The notes below the pieces were generated by a model. That model had not been told where the DNA came from. It searched no databases and worked only from the letters and a program-made list of their open reading frames with translations. Made by a program: the position numbers and the translations under genes. From NCBI GenBank assembly GCA_028355015.1, contig JAOMRN010000001.1, positions 1,229-65,228 on the forward strand: a stretch of DNA of 64,000 bases. Direction: 5' to 3'. Source of the DNA: Methanobacteriota archaeon. Its GTDB lineage: Archaea > Thermoplasmatota > Poseidoniia > Poseidoniales > Thalassarchaeaceae. Of the stretch, positions 48,501 through 58,969 are shown in pieces. Within the stretch, counting starts at the first letter, position 1. Each line of letters opens with the position of its first letter.

Positions 48501-49948
48501 ACTTCGGCCGTTCAATAAATTCTGTTCTTGCAGGGTTTACTAGTGATATCTCAACAGGTACAGAAGAAGTCGATGATTCGTTTTCATATGCTTTACAATT
48601 AGAATCAGATACTTCTTTTGATTTGATTGTAGAAGCAACCTATGGGGATCCGGTTACTAACGAACCTCCTTGGGTACATGGAATCTCTTTCCAGTCATCT
48701 CCTAACGGATTATCCGAAGGATTCCATATCAAAACTTGGTTACCTGGATTACCTCCATTAATTGATTTATCAATTTCTCGAAATACTCTCGTTAATGGTG
48801 AGGATTGGTATATTCAAGCCTCATTAGATAGTTGGGAACCTGGGCGTGAAGAATTTATGATTCATGCTTATGGTGTAAATGGTCAAGATATGTTGTTGAC
48901 TATGCAAGGGCTTGAGCCAGGCAAACCAACGAATCTATTCCTTGATGCTGTTTTCGAGATTAGAGATTCAGGGGGTATAACACAGGTTTCAACAGGAACT
49001 CAATTCGTGTTATCTGAGAGGCTTGATTGGATTCATATGATGTTGATTAATCGAGAATCACAGAGCAGGACTGAGATGTTGATTAATGAGATTCCTAAAT
49101 CTATTGCCTTACAGGCAAGCCTCGGTACAGCGATTTCTATAGATATGAGTGTCCCAGAAGAACAGAGAATAGAAGGTTTTGCAGTAGGCTCATTAATGTT
49201 ACAACAAATGCAATGGATGGATGGTTTCTGGTGGCCCGCCACGGTATTTTTGAAAGATATACCTGGATATATTAATCTTACAACTGCTCCAGAAATGAAT
49301 TTTGATATAACTAAAAATCTTGCATTCCAAGGTTTACCTAACCTTGACTTTACATCATCAGATGATGGAATGTCGCTATATATTGAGGCATTTGGCAGAG
49401 CTATAAATTCTCGAGGAGATATTATTTTATTAGCTGAAGGTATGACTGACAAATTGATAATTAAGCCAACCAATGACTTTGGTTTAGAAATCCGTTCAGG
49501 AGGTAGTGGTGTTGAGAGAATTTATGTTAGAATGAATGATGTTCCTACGGGTTCCAGCCAAGTCGGAACACCGCCGGTTTTCCTTGAAGAGATGGAGGCA
49601 ATGGGGGAAAATCTTCGAAGTGCAACATTGCACATTCGGGAATTAGTAGGGCCATACAGCGTTATCGAAGTTGATGATGTAGATGGTGGAAAAATCATTG
49701 TATCTGCTAGAGTTACAACAGAATTTTCAGGACACGATATACAAATTCGTGGTGTACTAATTGACGCACAAACTACAGGAGGTGTTCCTACTGGAACCAC
49801 ACTTGGTGTAAACGGTCTTTCTTCAGATCTTTCAATTCTTAATTTGGTACCAGGTTTGAGTGGTTCAACACACCATTTACTTGTTCCTGAGCCATTTACA
49901 TCTGCGATACTCACAGTAATTGCAACACTAACTGAAGGAGGTAGTTGA
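45530..49948 (+). CDS. Large secreted hypothetical protein (1472 aa)
   Basis: Signal peptide; recurring beta-rich units; DIDDDGDND motif. Confidence 0.7.
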   Translation: MYLRGMFMQGGAVRIIRRSPGINHSQTILLVLIFLLPMFSPITSVTAETRISADDFEILDDLTSVLSERESVISSELVKNMANPSLEGVANSVADTTSNDPIFGIEDIFSDASIVDTTPPEVAHPGPYELLVNPEKSPPGAVDTVWQTIFNLTDYLIWTKYMDLDGNEVEKFEVVTFTTSLFSLLDPETNSFLHAIDIDDDGDNDIQVGLEISFDLGDDFGIEGDTLWIKPTISFTVLVLEDSRDDPDWNELDTLQVSLLKAFAYSEGILTGGESYVWVIDSKFTTPPNDFSINIGLERIFFDISDAGSSLVTSLLSFIGLGIAIPGADESNIVFLGLSAPYAISINNNGQTYCPDRYSQIELSTLPSNEISCGVVAGFGYVHFSPANTDGDREVWEVAYIEATVHPNGVSTRLPSEVNLVIRTDTTLAEDPGVVGENALDTIEYYADRRADLHVHFHENKAGEPVENSGDMRGNSTDSIGWLRGMPAGSLSADEIDRVFTMLGSKSSPELPGGQPEKLGMIIAIKNFSRDTTQNVDDPTLPVNPAYPPKTLVLIRSVESIQSIEYDSWHKRGDIITDHSKIHLELKNIPTSIALYGSFELGSSSATDTSLDSGDNLDFLSKILDSVILNLVNLFLDIGDIINSVPSEVVSVLTGDTGSGGLNSFAGRDVNLLMTDNLLADRVNMHIDELAVQIGSSPHPVTLDNHVIISKDRGLDQVMGEFGARDPLVPVASSVRFSGLSQFTFSDDEVLGTQSIGLITDSSEPFRFSFIEHDSNSIDNLSFQSLHLSDIPNNISVLIDESSLSYVANEGIELMTYVGLDGNQKQGANIHDMPAEFIFEFGEQTSFIAETPISTVEVQITNASEPITMTGDHFLFHHDSINETSTISTRLTGIKELGWISPIEEGALGSSGRGTAFLKSAGDRPMSINIDNAPTADSSGLSALALIDPLPSHLSVEIPTGNDGGSELVLPEFNSTKGLSGAAFFIGGFSDFGRSINSVLAGFTSDISTGTEEVDDSFSYALQLESDTSFDLIVEATYGDPVTNEPPWVHGISFQSSPNGLSEGFHIKTWLPGLPPLIDLSISRNTLVNGEDWYIQASLDSWEPGREEFMIHAYGVNGQDMLLTMQGLEPGKPTNLFLDAVFEIRDSGGITQVSTGTQFVLSERLDWIHMMLINRESQSRTEMLINEIPKSIALQASLGTAISIDMSVPEEQRIEGFAVGSLMLQQMQWMDGFWWPATVFLKDIPGYINLTTAPEMNFDITKNLAFQGLPNLDFTSSDDGMSLYIEAFGRAINSRGDIILLAEGMTDKLIIKPTNDFGLEIRSGGSGVERIYVRMNDVPTGSSQVGTPPVFLEEMEAMGENLRSATLHIRELVGPYSVIEVDDVDGGKIIVSARVTTEFSGHDIQIRGVLIDAQTTGGVPTGTTLGVNGLSSDLSILNLVPGLSGSTHHLLVPEPFTSAILTVIATLTEGGS

Positions 49949-50509
49949 ATGGGATTACTTGAGAAATCTCGGAATCAAGAAGTAGAGGAAACTCTTGATG
50001 AAGAGCTTGCACATGAGGTGTTAGTTCGAATAGAAGATTCAGTGAGTCGTATATCTCCTTTGAGAGTTATTCTAGTTTCATTTGTGGCTTTAATGCTATT
50101 TTCTGCAACTTTTGTAGCTTTAACTTGGATAGTTCCATATGAAAAAGTAACAATTGATGTTGTTTATATCCAGAGTAGTTCTGGTCACGTGATATTAACT
50201 CAAATTGATAATGATGGAAGTAGAGATATCAGTGACTTAACCCTAATTATTCGATTTATAGATTCAGATAATATTGAGATAGATAGAACTTCGTTCAATA
50301 AATCTTCTTTACCTGCACATAGTTCTGTTTCTGGTGATGCCTTAGAACTAATAATAATCGGCGAATCAGTTTGGGAAAACTATACGATAGATATTGAGTT
50401 ACAATATACTGATCATAATAAAGAGGATTCTAAAATAGAATTACAATACTTAGTTGGTGAATGGAAGATGGAACAATTCAGCCATGGTACTGGTATAGAC
50501 TTCTTTTAG
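49949..50509 (+). CDS. Hypothetical single-TM protein with Ig-like domain
   Basis: One TM followed by a beta-rich domain; abuts the upstream gene. Confidence 0.6.
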   Translation: MGLLEKSRNQEVEETLDEELAHEVLVRIEDSVSRISPLRVILVSFVALMLFSATFVALTWIVPYEKVTIDVVYIQSSSGHVILTQIDNDGSRDISDLTLIIRFIDSDNIEIDRTSFNKSSLPAHSSVSGDALELIIIGESVWENYTIDIELQYTDHNKEDSKIELQYLVGEWKMEQFSHGTGIDFF

Positions 50510-50521
50510 AGTGCATCTATT

Positions 50522-53500
50522 TTGTCCTTAACGTATGAACCCCTAAGGGTTCAACTCACCCATATGCTCAAAACTGTCTTCAGAAGGCGCAACCTTATGT
50601 CCAAGCGAACAGTATGTCTAATTTTGGGCGTTCTTCTTCTTTCTTACATACCTCTTAATGACGGTACTCATGAATCATCTGATTCATTTATAGAAAAATT
50701 GGATGAATCAATCCAAAGAATAGAGATATCCCCTGACCCAAATAGTATCTCAGATTTAGGCGCACCAAGAATATCTAATAGTTCCGAGATATTACGTTCC
50801 GAGAGTGCTGATTCTACTATCGGTGTTTACACTCATTCAGGGCTAATTCCTAGTATTTATCTTTCTCAGGACATATCATTCTCCCGAATAGATCTTGCTA
50901 TTGTAATAATTGATGGAGACACAGGACTATGGGATGCTAGGATGGAAATAATGGAAATCTCAGGGATTGAAATCCGTTCTACAATTCCGCCATCAGGATA
51001 TTTAGTTCAAGGTAATTCTGAGCAGTTGAAAAATCTACAATCGCTCACTTCAGTGGAATCAGTACATGAGGTGCCAGCAGGGCTTCTAATTCACCCAGCA
51101 CTTCAAGATGCTCCTGATGATGAAATTTTAGTTGTTGAAATAGTCGGCTGGAAGAATTCAGAACTAGTACGTCAAACTTCGTCTCTAGATGATAATTTAC
51201 AAGATGTTGCTAATTCATGGCTGTCCGATTCGTGGTCTCCAGATACGGGAATTATATGGGGTGAAATTCAAACAAATGATATTTCAGAGATAATAAAACA
51301 TCCTTCTGTTTCTTACATTGCGCCAGTACCGATTCTTAAGTTAATGAATAATGAAGCAAGAAATCATATGGGCATAGATACAGTTGAAGATTTCTTCATT
51401 ACTGGATTAAACGGTTCTGGGCAAAAAATTGCAGTAGGTGATTCGGGATTAGATGATGACCATGGCGATTTTAATGGCCGAATTTCAGGTCTTGATTCAG
51501 TTACACCCGGTGACTCTTCTACTGCCGATCCTTCTGATGGCCACGGCACTCACGTCGCCTGTACAGTACTCGGCGATGGAATGAGAAGTGGTGGGACATA
51601 CCAGGGAATAGCCCCTGAAGCAAATCTTTACTTCCAAGCTATGGAAGATGATGACTCAGGTGCTCTGTATTCTATTGGAATTAATAGTATGCTTAATGAA
51701 GCATATAATGCAGGTGCTCGTTTGCATACCAATAGTTGGGGGTCACCAACTGGAGGAGAATATACAACCTCGTCTGAAGATGCTGACGATAGAGTCTCAA
51801 CATGGGATCAATATTGGCAATATCAAGGAATGACTGTATTATTTGCCGCTGGTAATGAGAGGAATGATGGGATTTCATCTCCAGGGACTGCTAAGAATGT
51901 CATAACAGTAGGTGGTCATGTCAACAGATACAATGGCGCTCCAGATGATATGTATTACTGGAGTAGTCGTGGACCAACTGATGATGGTAGGATAAAACCT
52001 GATCTAGTAGGGCCAGGAGATTATGTTCGTTCTTGTAAATCTCAAGAAGCAAGCAGTGCATCAGGTTCTTGGAGTAATAATTGGTACCTAGAATATAGTG
52101 GAACTTCAATGGCAACTCCTGCGACAGCCGGGGCTGCAGTTTTAGTTCGCGAATATCTGATGGAAATTGCATCTAGGCCCGCACCTCAAGCAGCCCTAAT
52201 CAAGGCATTATTGATATTAGGGGCTGAAGATATGGGTGTTCGCGATATACCAAACAATAACGAAGGTTGGGGGCGTGTTAATCTCGTTAATTCCCTAATC
52301 CCAGAAAGTGATGTAGGTATATTTGTAGACGATAGGTCTAGATTATCGTCTGGCCAAATTAGTGATTATTCATTTGACATTACAAGGGGTGGCGAAGAAC
52401 TCAAAGTAGTTCTGGCTTGGTCGGATTATCCAGGTTCATCATCATCGTCAACCCAATTAAGAAATGACTTAGATTTAGAAATTACTAATCCAAATGGTCT
52501 GCTATTCAAAGGTAATGTTTTCACTAATGGTGAATCAGTAGCAAATGGTCAGAAAGACTCGAAAAATAATGTTGAAGTCGTACTTGTTGACAATGCTGCA
52601 GTCGGTACCTGGACTGTTAGAGTTAGAGATTCATCTCATGGAGGTAGTAATTTCTACCAACCTTATTCTCTTGCGGTTAGAGGCGTAAATGTCAATGATT
52701 TAGACCCAGATCCAACATTTGTATCCGATTCTTTTGAATTGTCAGTACCAATTCCTCAAGTTGATGAAGAGGTAGAATTTTCAATTTCTTTGATTAATCA
52801 GGGTGCAGGAAGCATACCTGAGTTATCTGTATTAGCAGCAGTTAATAGTGCCACAATTAGTACAAAAACCCTCAGCCTTTCTCCTGGAGAATCTGCTGAA
52901 CTGACATGGCAATGGACCCCCGGTGTAGAGGGTGAGAACACTGTATCTTTCTACATAGATCCTAACGATTTAGTTGACGAGGTGTCTGAGTCTAATAATC
53001 AATATAATCAGATTGTTATAGTTAGCGTCCCAGGAGTCAGAGTTACTAGCCAAGCTCCAATGCAATTAATTGAGGGGACTTCAGATAGTTCTACCACTTG
53101 GTCTCTTGATTTGACAAATACAGCATTATTTGAAACAAATGCAACAATTGAGGTATCTGAACCTATTAGAATGCAAGATGGAGTTGAATTTGATTGGTTT
53201 TCATCATTTTCTAATAATACGTTTAATTTAATGCCTGCAGAATCGACTACTGTAAGCCTATCAGTGGTGCATCCAGCACCTCCAGAACCAGGGCTTTACA
53301 GAATGTTAGTTACAGGAACAGATGTTGAAAATCAAATTGAATCAGAATTTGAGATATATCTCGAGGTACCACTATTGTCCGATGCTAATGTTCTAATCCC
53401 CACTAGTCAAATTAGAGTAAACCCTCTTGTTTCAACGCCACTACAAATTCAAATTCAGAATGACGGAAACGGTCCACAAACTTATGATGTCGAATTAATT

Positions 53501-55066
53501 TCACCCTCTGGTTGGAGTCTTGGGCTAGATTCGATAGGATCTTTCGCTGGTTCGTCTCATGGTTCTACAGGTTCCTTAGATAAGGGGGAATCACGAACAA
53601 TAGACATCACCATCAACCCCCCAGGGGCTATGATTCCCGCCGGTACGGTATTTTCTGCAGCGGTCTCAGTTCATTCTAGAGTGAGTTCAGATTCTTGGTC
53701 TGAAGACATAACTTTAGTAGTAGATAATATCGATGTAGTCACTTTAACTCCAACTTCTGATGGAACAGAGCATGATGTTTCTGCTGATGATTTACTTGAA
53801 TGGGAAATTAATTTCAATAATCAGGGTAACCGGGATCTAGAATTAACTCCGTATATTCTATCTAAGCCGAATGGTTGGTCATTTACTGGAACTCAGAACT
53901 CATTCATAGTATCATCAGGTTCTCAATTTGATTTACCAATTTCCATAACTGGTAACGGTCTTGCCAAGAGCGGTGAGTTGAAGCTAAGATTTGTTACAGA
54001 AGATGGATTCGTCATAGATTGGAACAGGACAATTGATGTTCTCTCAGGTGCGATTCCTAGAATAGAATTCTATCAAGTTGCATTACCAGACGGGACTTCA
54101 GCGGATACTCCACTAGGAGTAGATTCTCATCCAGTAGGGGGTATTGGCTTTGATTTACTTTGGAAAGTCACTAACGATGGTACAATGACTTGGAGGCCAA
54201 TCGTCTCTATGGAGGTACCAAATGATGATTGGGAATACTCCTGCCAAAATAATAATCCTACTATCTCTACAGGATCAACTATAACAATAATTTGTAATCT
54301 TATAATTCCATTATCTGCAGAAGCTGGTTCCGAGCCAACGGTCTCTCTAATTCTCAGCGGAGAGGGATTAACTTCAGAGAATATAATATCTCTTTATGTT
54401 GATTCAGTGAATGAAGTTATTTGGAGTATAGTTGAGCAAAACCCTTCTCCTCAAGGATATCAAACAACTCTTTCTCTTGAATTACAGAATATAGGTAATT
54501 CAGATATATCAGAAATCTTGAAGTTGGAAGCTCCCAATGGTTGGAATGAATTAATACTAGATAGTTCATTTGTTAACTTGAGGCCTGGTGAAACACGTTC
54601 AGTAGAAATTGCATATACTCCATCCAAAGGAGCAGATGGGATAGTTACGGTTTCGTTCTTAAATTCTGATGATATTACTGGTTCATCCTTAAATGTAGAA
54701 ATTGATGTATTACCTGCTGCAACTTCTGATAGTATGGGGAGTATCAATTTAATACTTATAATTCTTATAATAATAATACTTGGAGGTGGAGTTGGTTTGA
54801 CTATTTATTTACGCCGAGAAGGATTAATTAATTCATTAATTCCAGAAAATAAAATTGAAAATATTTTACCGGAAGAAGTTCAAGAAGAATCCAGCGGAGT
54901 TCCTTGCTGGATATGTAGTGGTGACGTAATTATTGGTAAAGCTTGGGCTTGTCTCGAGTGTGGTGCTAGATATCATATGGCTGGCCAAGTACAAGGTTGT
55001 AATATCACCGAAAAAAGCCACTGTTTACACTGTGACGCTGGAATAGACCAACTTACTGAAGTGTGA
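50522..55066 (+). CDS. S8 subtilisin-like protease with CARDB/Ig repeats, C-terminal TM and Cys/His finger
   Basis: Triad IAVGDSG, HGTHVA, SGTSMATP; GPTDDGRIKPD; IDPNDLVDEVSESNN; start probably ~50597. Confidence 0.92.
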   Translation: MSLTYEPLRVQLTHMLKTVFRRRNLMSKRTVCLILGVLLLSYIPLNDGTHESSDSFIEKLDESIQRIEISPDPNSISDLGAPRISNSSEILRSESADSTIGVYTHSGLIPSIYLSQDISFSRIDLAIVIIDGDTGLWDARMEIMEISGIEIRSTIPPSGYLVQGNSEQLKNLQSLTSVESVHEVPAGLLIHPALQDAPDDEILVVEIVGWKNSELVRQTSSLDDNLQDVANSWLSDSWSPDTGIIWGEIQTNDISEIIKHPSVSYIAPVPILKLMNNEARNHMGIDTVEDFFITGLNGSGQKIAVGDSGLDDDHGDFNGRISGLDSVTPGDSSTADPSDGHGTHVACTVLGDGMRSGGTYQGIAPEANLYFQAMEDDDSGALYSIGINSMLNEAYNAGARLHTNSWGSPTGGEYTTSSEDADDRVSTWDQYWQYQGMTVLFAAGNERNDGISSPGTAKNVITVGGHVNRYNGAPDDMYYWSSRGPTDDGRIKPDLVGPGDYVRSCKSQEASSASGSWSNNWYLEYSGTSMATPATAGAAVLVREYLMEIASRPAPQAALIKALLILGAEDMGVRDIPNNNEGWGRVNLVNSLIPESDVGIFVDDRSRLSSGQISDYSFDITRGGEELKVVLAWSDYPGSSSSSTQLRNDLDLEITNPNGLLFKGNVFTNGESVANGQKDSKNNVEVVLVDNAAVGTWTVRVRDSSHGGSNFYQPYSLAVRGVNVNDLDPDPTFVSDSFELSVPIPQVDEEVEFSISLINQGAGSIPELSVLAAVNSATISTKTLSLSPGESAELTWQWTPGVEGENTVSFYIDPNDLVDEVSESNNQYNQIVIVSVPGVRVTSQAPMQLIEGTSDSSTTWSLDLTNTALFETNATIEVSEPIRMQDGVEFDWFSSFSNNTFNLMPAESTTVSLSVVHPAPPEPGLYRMLVTGTDVENQIESEFEIYLEVPLLSDANVLIPTSQIRVNPLVSTPLQIQIQNDGNGPQTYDVELISPSGWSLGLDSIGSFAGSSHGSTGSLDKGESRTIDITINPPGAMIPAGTVFSAAVSVHSRVSSDSWSEDITLVVDNIDVVTLTPTSDGTEHDVSADDLLEWEINFNNQGNRDLELTPYILSKPNGWSFTGTQNSFIVSSGSQFDLPISITGNGLAKSGELKLRFVTEDGFVIDWNRTIDVLSGAIPRIEFYQVALPDGTSADTPLGVDSHPVGGIGFDLLWKVTNDGTMTWRPIVSMEVPNDDWEYSCQNNNPTISTGSTITIICNLIIPLSAEAGSEPTVSLILSGEGLTSENIISLYVDSVNEVIWSIVEQNPSPQGYQTTLSLELQNIGNSDISEILKLEAPNGWNELILDSSFVNLRPGETRSVEIAYTPSKGADGIVTVSFLNSDDITGSSLNVEIDVLPAATSDSMGSINLILIILIIIILGGGVGLTIYLRREGLINSLIPENKIENILPEEVQEESSGVPCWICSGDVIIGKAWACLECGARYHMAGQVQGCNITEKSHCLHCDAGIDQLTEV

Positions 55067-55132
55067 AAAATATACGATTACAGTGCACGTCAAGCGCGAA
55101 GCCCTTAGAGGGAAGATTGTTCCCGACCAACC

Positions 55133-57814
55133 ATGAAGAGAGCGGAATCCGCGCGTTTGGTCCTTGTTTTGCTTTTGTTATCTTTAATTTCTCCTCCTGT
55201 TTATGCAGCAGTAGATGTCTCAATATCAGCTTCTCCAAGTTCTCAAGAAGCAGATGCAGATAATCCAGCGGAATATGATATTACAGTAACTAATACTGGC
55301 GATGATGACATTACTGTGTCTCTAAGTACATCTCAAGCTGCTGATTGCAACGGCTTTACTTCTAATGTTGAACAGGTTAGTGGCACTATTGAATCAGGTC
55401 AAAGTGAAACTGTAACTTTGACGGTTTCAGTAAATGACCAGGCTAGTGGAGAATGTGAAACCACGGTTACAGTAACTGCAACAGGAACTCCTCCAGATCA
55501 ACCCAAAACTGATGACGTCAAGGTTACAACAACTGCAGGTGACGGAGGATTATATTCCGTTACCCTGACTGTTGATGAACAAACTGTTACTTATGATGGT
55601 GAGGATGACGAAGTAGTCTGGGAAGTCGACGTCGAAAACACCGGCGAGCAACAAGAAAATATTCAACTCGAGATGACTTCAGATAATGATTGTGAATCTG
55701 ATGAATTAGACGCTTCTGTGAATCCAGCCACAGTTCAATTAGATTCCGGAGATTCTACTACTGTTGATGTAACTGTTGACCTTCCAGATGGTGCTTCAAC
55801 AGAATCGGGGATTCATTGTTTTATCATCAAAGCAACCGTTACTAATGATCCGAATGCTGCTGATCCCGCTGAAGATAATTTGACACTAACAGTTAATATT
55901 CCAGAAGTTAAAGAATGCGACCCATCTCTTCAATTTACTTCTATGAATCTTAATCCAGGGGAAACTGGGTCAAATCGATTTACAGTAGAAAATATAGGTA
56001 ATACAGAATGGACGGTCTCGGCCAAAGCAGTTGCTGATGATTTTGATGTTTCCGAATGGGTTGATTTTTCATCCCCTTCTAGTGCATTCCTGGGTGAGAA
56101 AAATACTGCTGATGATCAACATACCTTTGAGTTTCAAGTGACGCCAGATGATTCTGTAGAAGCCAGCACCCAAGTTCCAATAAAGATCCAAGGCCGTTCA
56201 GGTACAGAAGTTGGTTGTGAGAAAATAGTGACACTAAATGTCGGCCAATCTTATGACGCTTCAGCATCGCTAAGCCAGTCTTCATTATCTAACGTTGAAC
56301 CAGGGACTTCTAAATCAGTATCCATGACAATCACAAACCAAGGTAATGGCGTCGACACTATTCAGATTAGTGCTGCAAATGTGCCGACAGGATGGCAAGT
56401 ATCATTCTCACAATCTTCGGTAACACTGGCTAGTTCTCAGTCATCGAATAATCAAGGTACAGTCACTATTGATGTCTTAGTCCCAGAAGGTGCAGCAGCC
56501 GGTTCGGATAGTATTACTTTCAACATAGGTCATGGGGGTGGTTCAACTCCATATGCTACGAAAACACTGTCAGTATCTGTTGCTCAGGTTCATGATCTGA
56601 GCAGTTCTATAATTTCAGATTCACAAAAAGGTAAGTCGAATCAGATTCTAAGATTCCCTATTGACATAACAAATACAGGCAATGTCAATGATAATTTCAA
56701 ACTTCAGGCCTGCGACCCGAATGATATTACTGGTTGTAATAGTCCACTTTGGGATTCATCATTTTCGAATTCTCAGGGGGCAACAATTACTCAAATTAGT
56801 ATAGCCTCAGGAGTTACCAAGAAAGTATATCTTGATGTGACGATAGAGGGTGAAGAAAATGGAGACAGGGCTTCAGTATCAGCCGTTATAACGATTTTCG
56901 GCACTGATGTTTCATCATCACACGTCTTTAACATCGAAGTTTCTAATTTTAATTACGGTATGAGTGTCACTCCAGTTGAGCCAGGAGAGATACCTGACGA
57001 ACTCCAAGTCCAATTGCCTCCCGGGGGTACAGGACAAGTTTCTTTTTGGGTTGAAAATACGGGGGATTTCCCAAATGGCGATAATGCGGTAATCACAATT
57101 ACAGGGATGGAGTCTACAGTCCTCAGGACATTGAAAGTCAATGGTGTAGCTACTGATGAACCATTCCATGTCGATGTAGGTCCTGAGAATAGAGTCGTAA
57201 TCACTTTAGATTTCGAAGTTTTAGATGGTGTGCAAAGTGGTGCTTCAGGGCTCATTAGAGTATTAGCCGCTTCCGAACTTAATGCGATTGAAAGTACATC
57301 GGTGAGTCTCTTAATTGATGTTATTACTATACATGATCTTAGAATGGTAATTGAAGAAGAGACTTCTCAAACAGTTGATTATCCCGAAAAAGCAGTATTT
57401 ACTATTTATGTCACTAATCATGGTAATGTCGAAGAGACAGTTGTGATTGAGTCTTCAGACCCACTTAGGTTCTGGTCAGTTAATGCAGTTGATGACGAGT
57501 TTAAACTAGCTCCTGGGGAAACAAGAGAAGTTGAGATAAGAGTAACTCCTCCCAATGATTTATTCCAAGATGACACTTACGATTTTACAATTATAGTAAT
57601 GCCAAAGGGACTTCCTGTGGCGGGACAACCTCTTGACCTATCAGTTACAGCAGAAATGTCAATTGGGATTTCCTTTCTTTCAGATGATGTCATCCAGATA
57701 TTAGTTTGGTCGTCTATCATAATCGGGGTACTGCTAGTCATAATGTTGGTAATGAGGTCTCGTAATGAAAGCCAAAGAATCCTCGAAGCGTTAGAACTAG
57801 AATCTAAGCCTTAA
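55133..57814 (+). CDS. Membrane-anchored surface protein with repeated Ig-like (COG1470/NEW3-like) domains
   Basis: Recurring VxNxGN motifs, PTGWQVSF, signal peptide and C-terminal TM. Confidence 0.7.
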   Translation: MKRAESARLVLVLLLLSLISPPVYAAVDVSISASPSSQEADADNPAEYDITVTNTGDDDITVSLSTSQAADCNGFTSNVEQVSGTIESGQSETVTLTVSVNDQASGECETTVTVTATGTPPDQPKTDDVKVTTTAGDGGLYSVTLTVDEQTVTYDGEDDEVVWEVDVENTGEQQENIQLEMTSDNDCESDELDASVNPATVQLDSGDSTTVDVTVDLPDGASTESGIHCFIIKATVTNDPNAADPAEDNLTLTVNIPEVKECDPSLQFTSMNLNPGETGSNRFTVENIGNTEWTVSAKAVADDFDVSEWVDFSSPSSAFLGEKNTADDQHTFEFQVTPDDSVEASTQVPIKIQGRSGTEVGCEKIVTLNVGQSYDASASLSQSSLSNVEPGTSKSVSMTITNQGNGVDTIQISAANVPTGWQVSFSQSSVTLASSQSSNNQGTVTIDVLVPEGAAAGSDSITFNIGHGGGSTPYATKTLSVSVAQVHDLSSSIISDSQKGKSNQILRFPIDITNTGNVNDNFKLQACDPNDITGCNSPLWDSSFSNSQGATITQISIASGVTKKVYLDVTIEGEENGDRASVSAVITIFGTDVSSSHVFNIEVSNFNYGMSVTPVEPGEIPDELQVQLPPGGTGQVSFWVENTGDFPNGDNAVITITGMESTVLRTLKVNGVATDEPFHVDVGPENRVVITLDFEVLDGVQSGASGLIRVLAASELNAIESTSVSLLIDVITIHDLRMVIEEETSQTVDYPEKAVFTIYVTNHGNVEETVVIESSDPLRFWSVNAVDDEFKLAPGETREVEIRVTPPNDLFQDDTYDFTIIVMPKGLPVAGQPLDLSVTAEMSIGISFLSDDVIQILVWSSIIIGVLLVIMLVMRSRNESQRILEALELESKP

Positions 57815-57898
57815 CTATCAAGTTGAAACTCGTTGTTAGGTTACACTTATTGCCCTAATTTTAGTGGCCGCACCTGACGGTCCCTCAGGGACCGGGTT

Positions 57899-58354
57899 GT
57901 GAGCCCCATGACGTCTGTTTCCGAAGCATATCTAGGACTAGCAGTGATGACTTTGGTCGGCATAGGATTTCCAGTAGGCAGTTTCATCGCATCTAGGCTT
58001 CTAAGGCCGGTTGTCGACCCAAATGATTCTACTAAAACACGCTCTTGGTTGTTACCTGGTTATGAGGTTGATCAGTCTTTGTATGTACGACGTGAAAGTA
58101 CTTACGAATGTGGGTCTGCTCCTGTTGGAGACGCTCATATTAATTTTCATTTCCAATATTATTGGTACGCCATTATATTCTTGGTATTCGATATAGCTTT
58201 CATGTTCTTAGCATTTGGTGGTATAATTTCAATACAAGAAGAAATATCCAATTCTCAAATAATGGGTGCATTAACTACTATGTCCATATTCATTGCTCTA
58301 ATGAGTCTCGGGGTTTGGCATGTATTCCGTAAGAGAGGAAGAATATACATTTGA
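57899..58354 (+). CDS. nuoA: Complex I-like subunit A
   Basis: TYECG, YYWYAIIFLVFD. Confidence 0.9.
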   Translation: MSPMTSVSEAYLGLAVMTLVGIGFPVGSFIASRLLRPVVDPNDSTKTRSWLLPGYEVDQSLYVRRESTYECGSAPVGDAHINFHFQYYWYAIIFLVFDIAFMFLAFGGIISIQEEISNSQIMGALTTMSIFIALMSLGVWHVFRKRGRIYI

Positions 58355-58363
58355 GGTGTAAAT

Positions 58364-58960
58364 ATGGCGGATGATGGACAGAATTATTCTATGTTTAGTA
58401 GTCGATTACTGGTCGATACAGTCGGGGACGTAACCGATGAGGCATTGAAGGCAAGTCGTTTGAAAGATGTAATAGGTGTACTTGCAGGGCGTCTATTTAA
58501 TTGGGGACAAAGAAAATCATTATTCCCTCTCCATCTTGGAATCAAGTGCTGTGCATTAGAAATGGCCGCAGCGGGCGCAAGCCGTTTCGATGCTGAACGT
58601 TTTGGAGTTTTCTTCCGTTCAAGCCCACGACAATGTGACGTTCTTTTGGTGAATGGTCCAATAAGTAAAAAATTCGCTGACCCAATAGTCCGTCTTTGGG
58701 AGCAAATGCCGGAGCCAAAATGGTGTATTGCAATGGGCGAATGTGCGATATCAGGTGGCCCTTATTTCCAGTCATACAATATTCTTGAAGGAGTAGATAC
58801 CGTAATTCCAGTTGATGTATATATCCCTGGCTGTCCCCCTCGCCCCGAGGCATTAATTGATGGATTTGGAAAATTAAGAGAGAAAATCATTCGTATAGGT
58901 GCAATGCCGAGTCATTCTAGGTTAGAAAGTGAAGCTCCGATAATTGTTGGAGATATTTGA
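58364..58960 (+). CDS. nuoB: Complex I-like subunit B
   Basis: CCALEM, SPRQCD, MGECAISGG, PVDVYIPGCPPRPE. Confidence 0.95.
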   Translation: MADDGQNYSMFSSRLLVDTVGDVTDEALKASRLKDVIGVLAGRLFNWGQRKSLFPLHLGIKCCALEMAAAGASRFDAERFGVFFRSSPRQCDVLLVNGPISKKFADPIVRLWEQMPEPKWCIAMGECAISGGPYFQSYNILEGVDTVIPVDVYIPGCPPRPEALIDGFGKLREKIIRIGAMPSHSRLESEAPIIVGDI

Positions 58961-58969
58961 GGAATTTTT

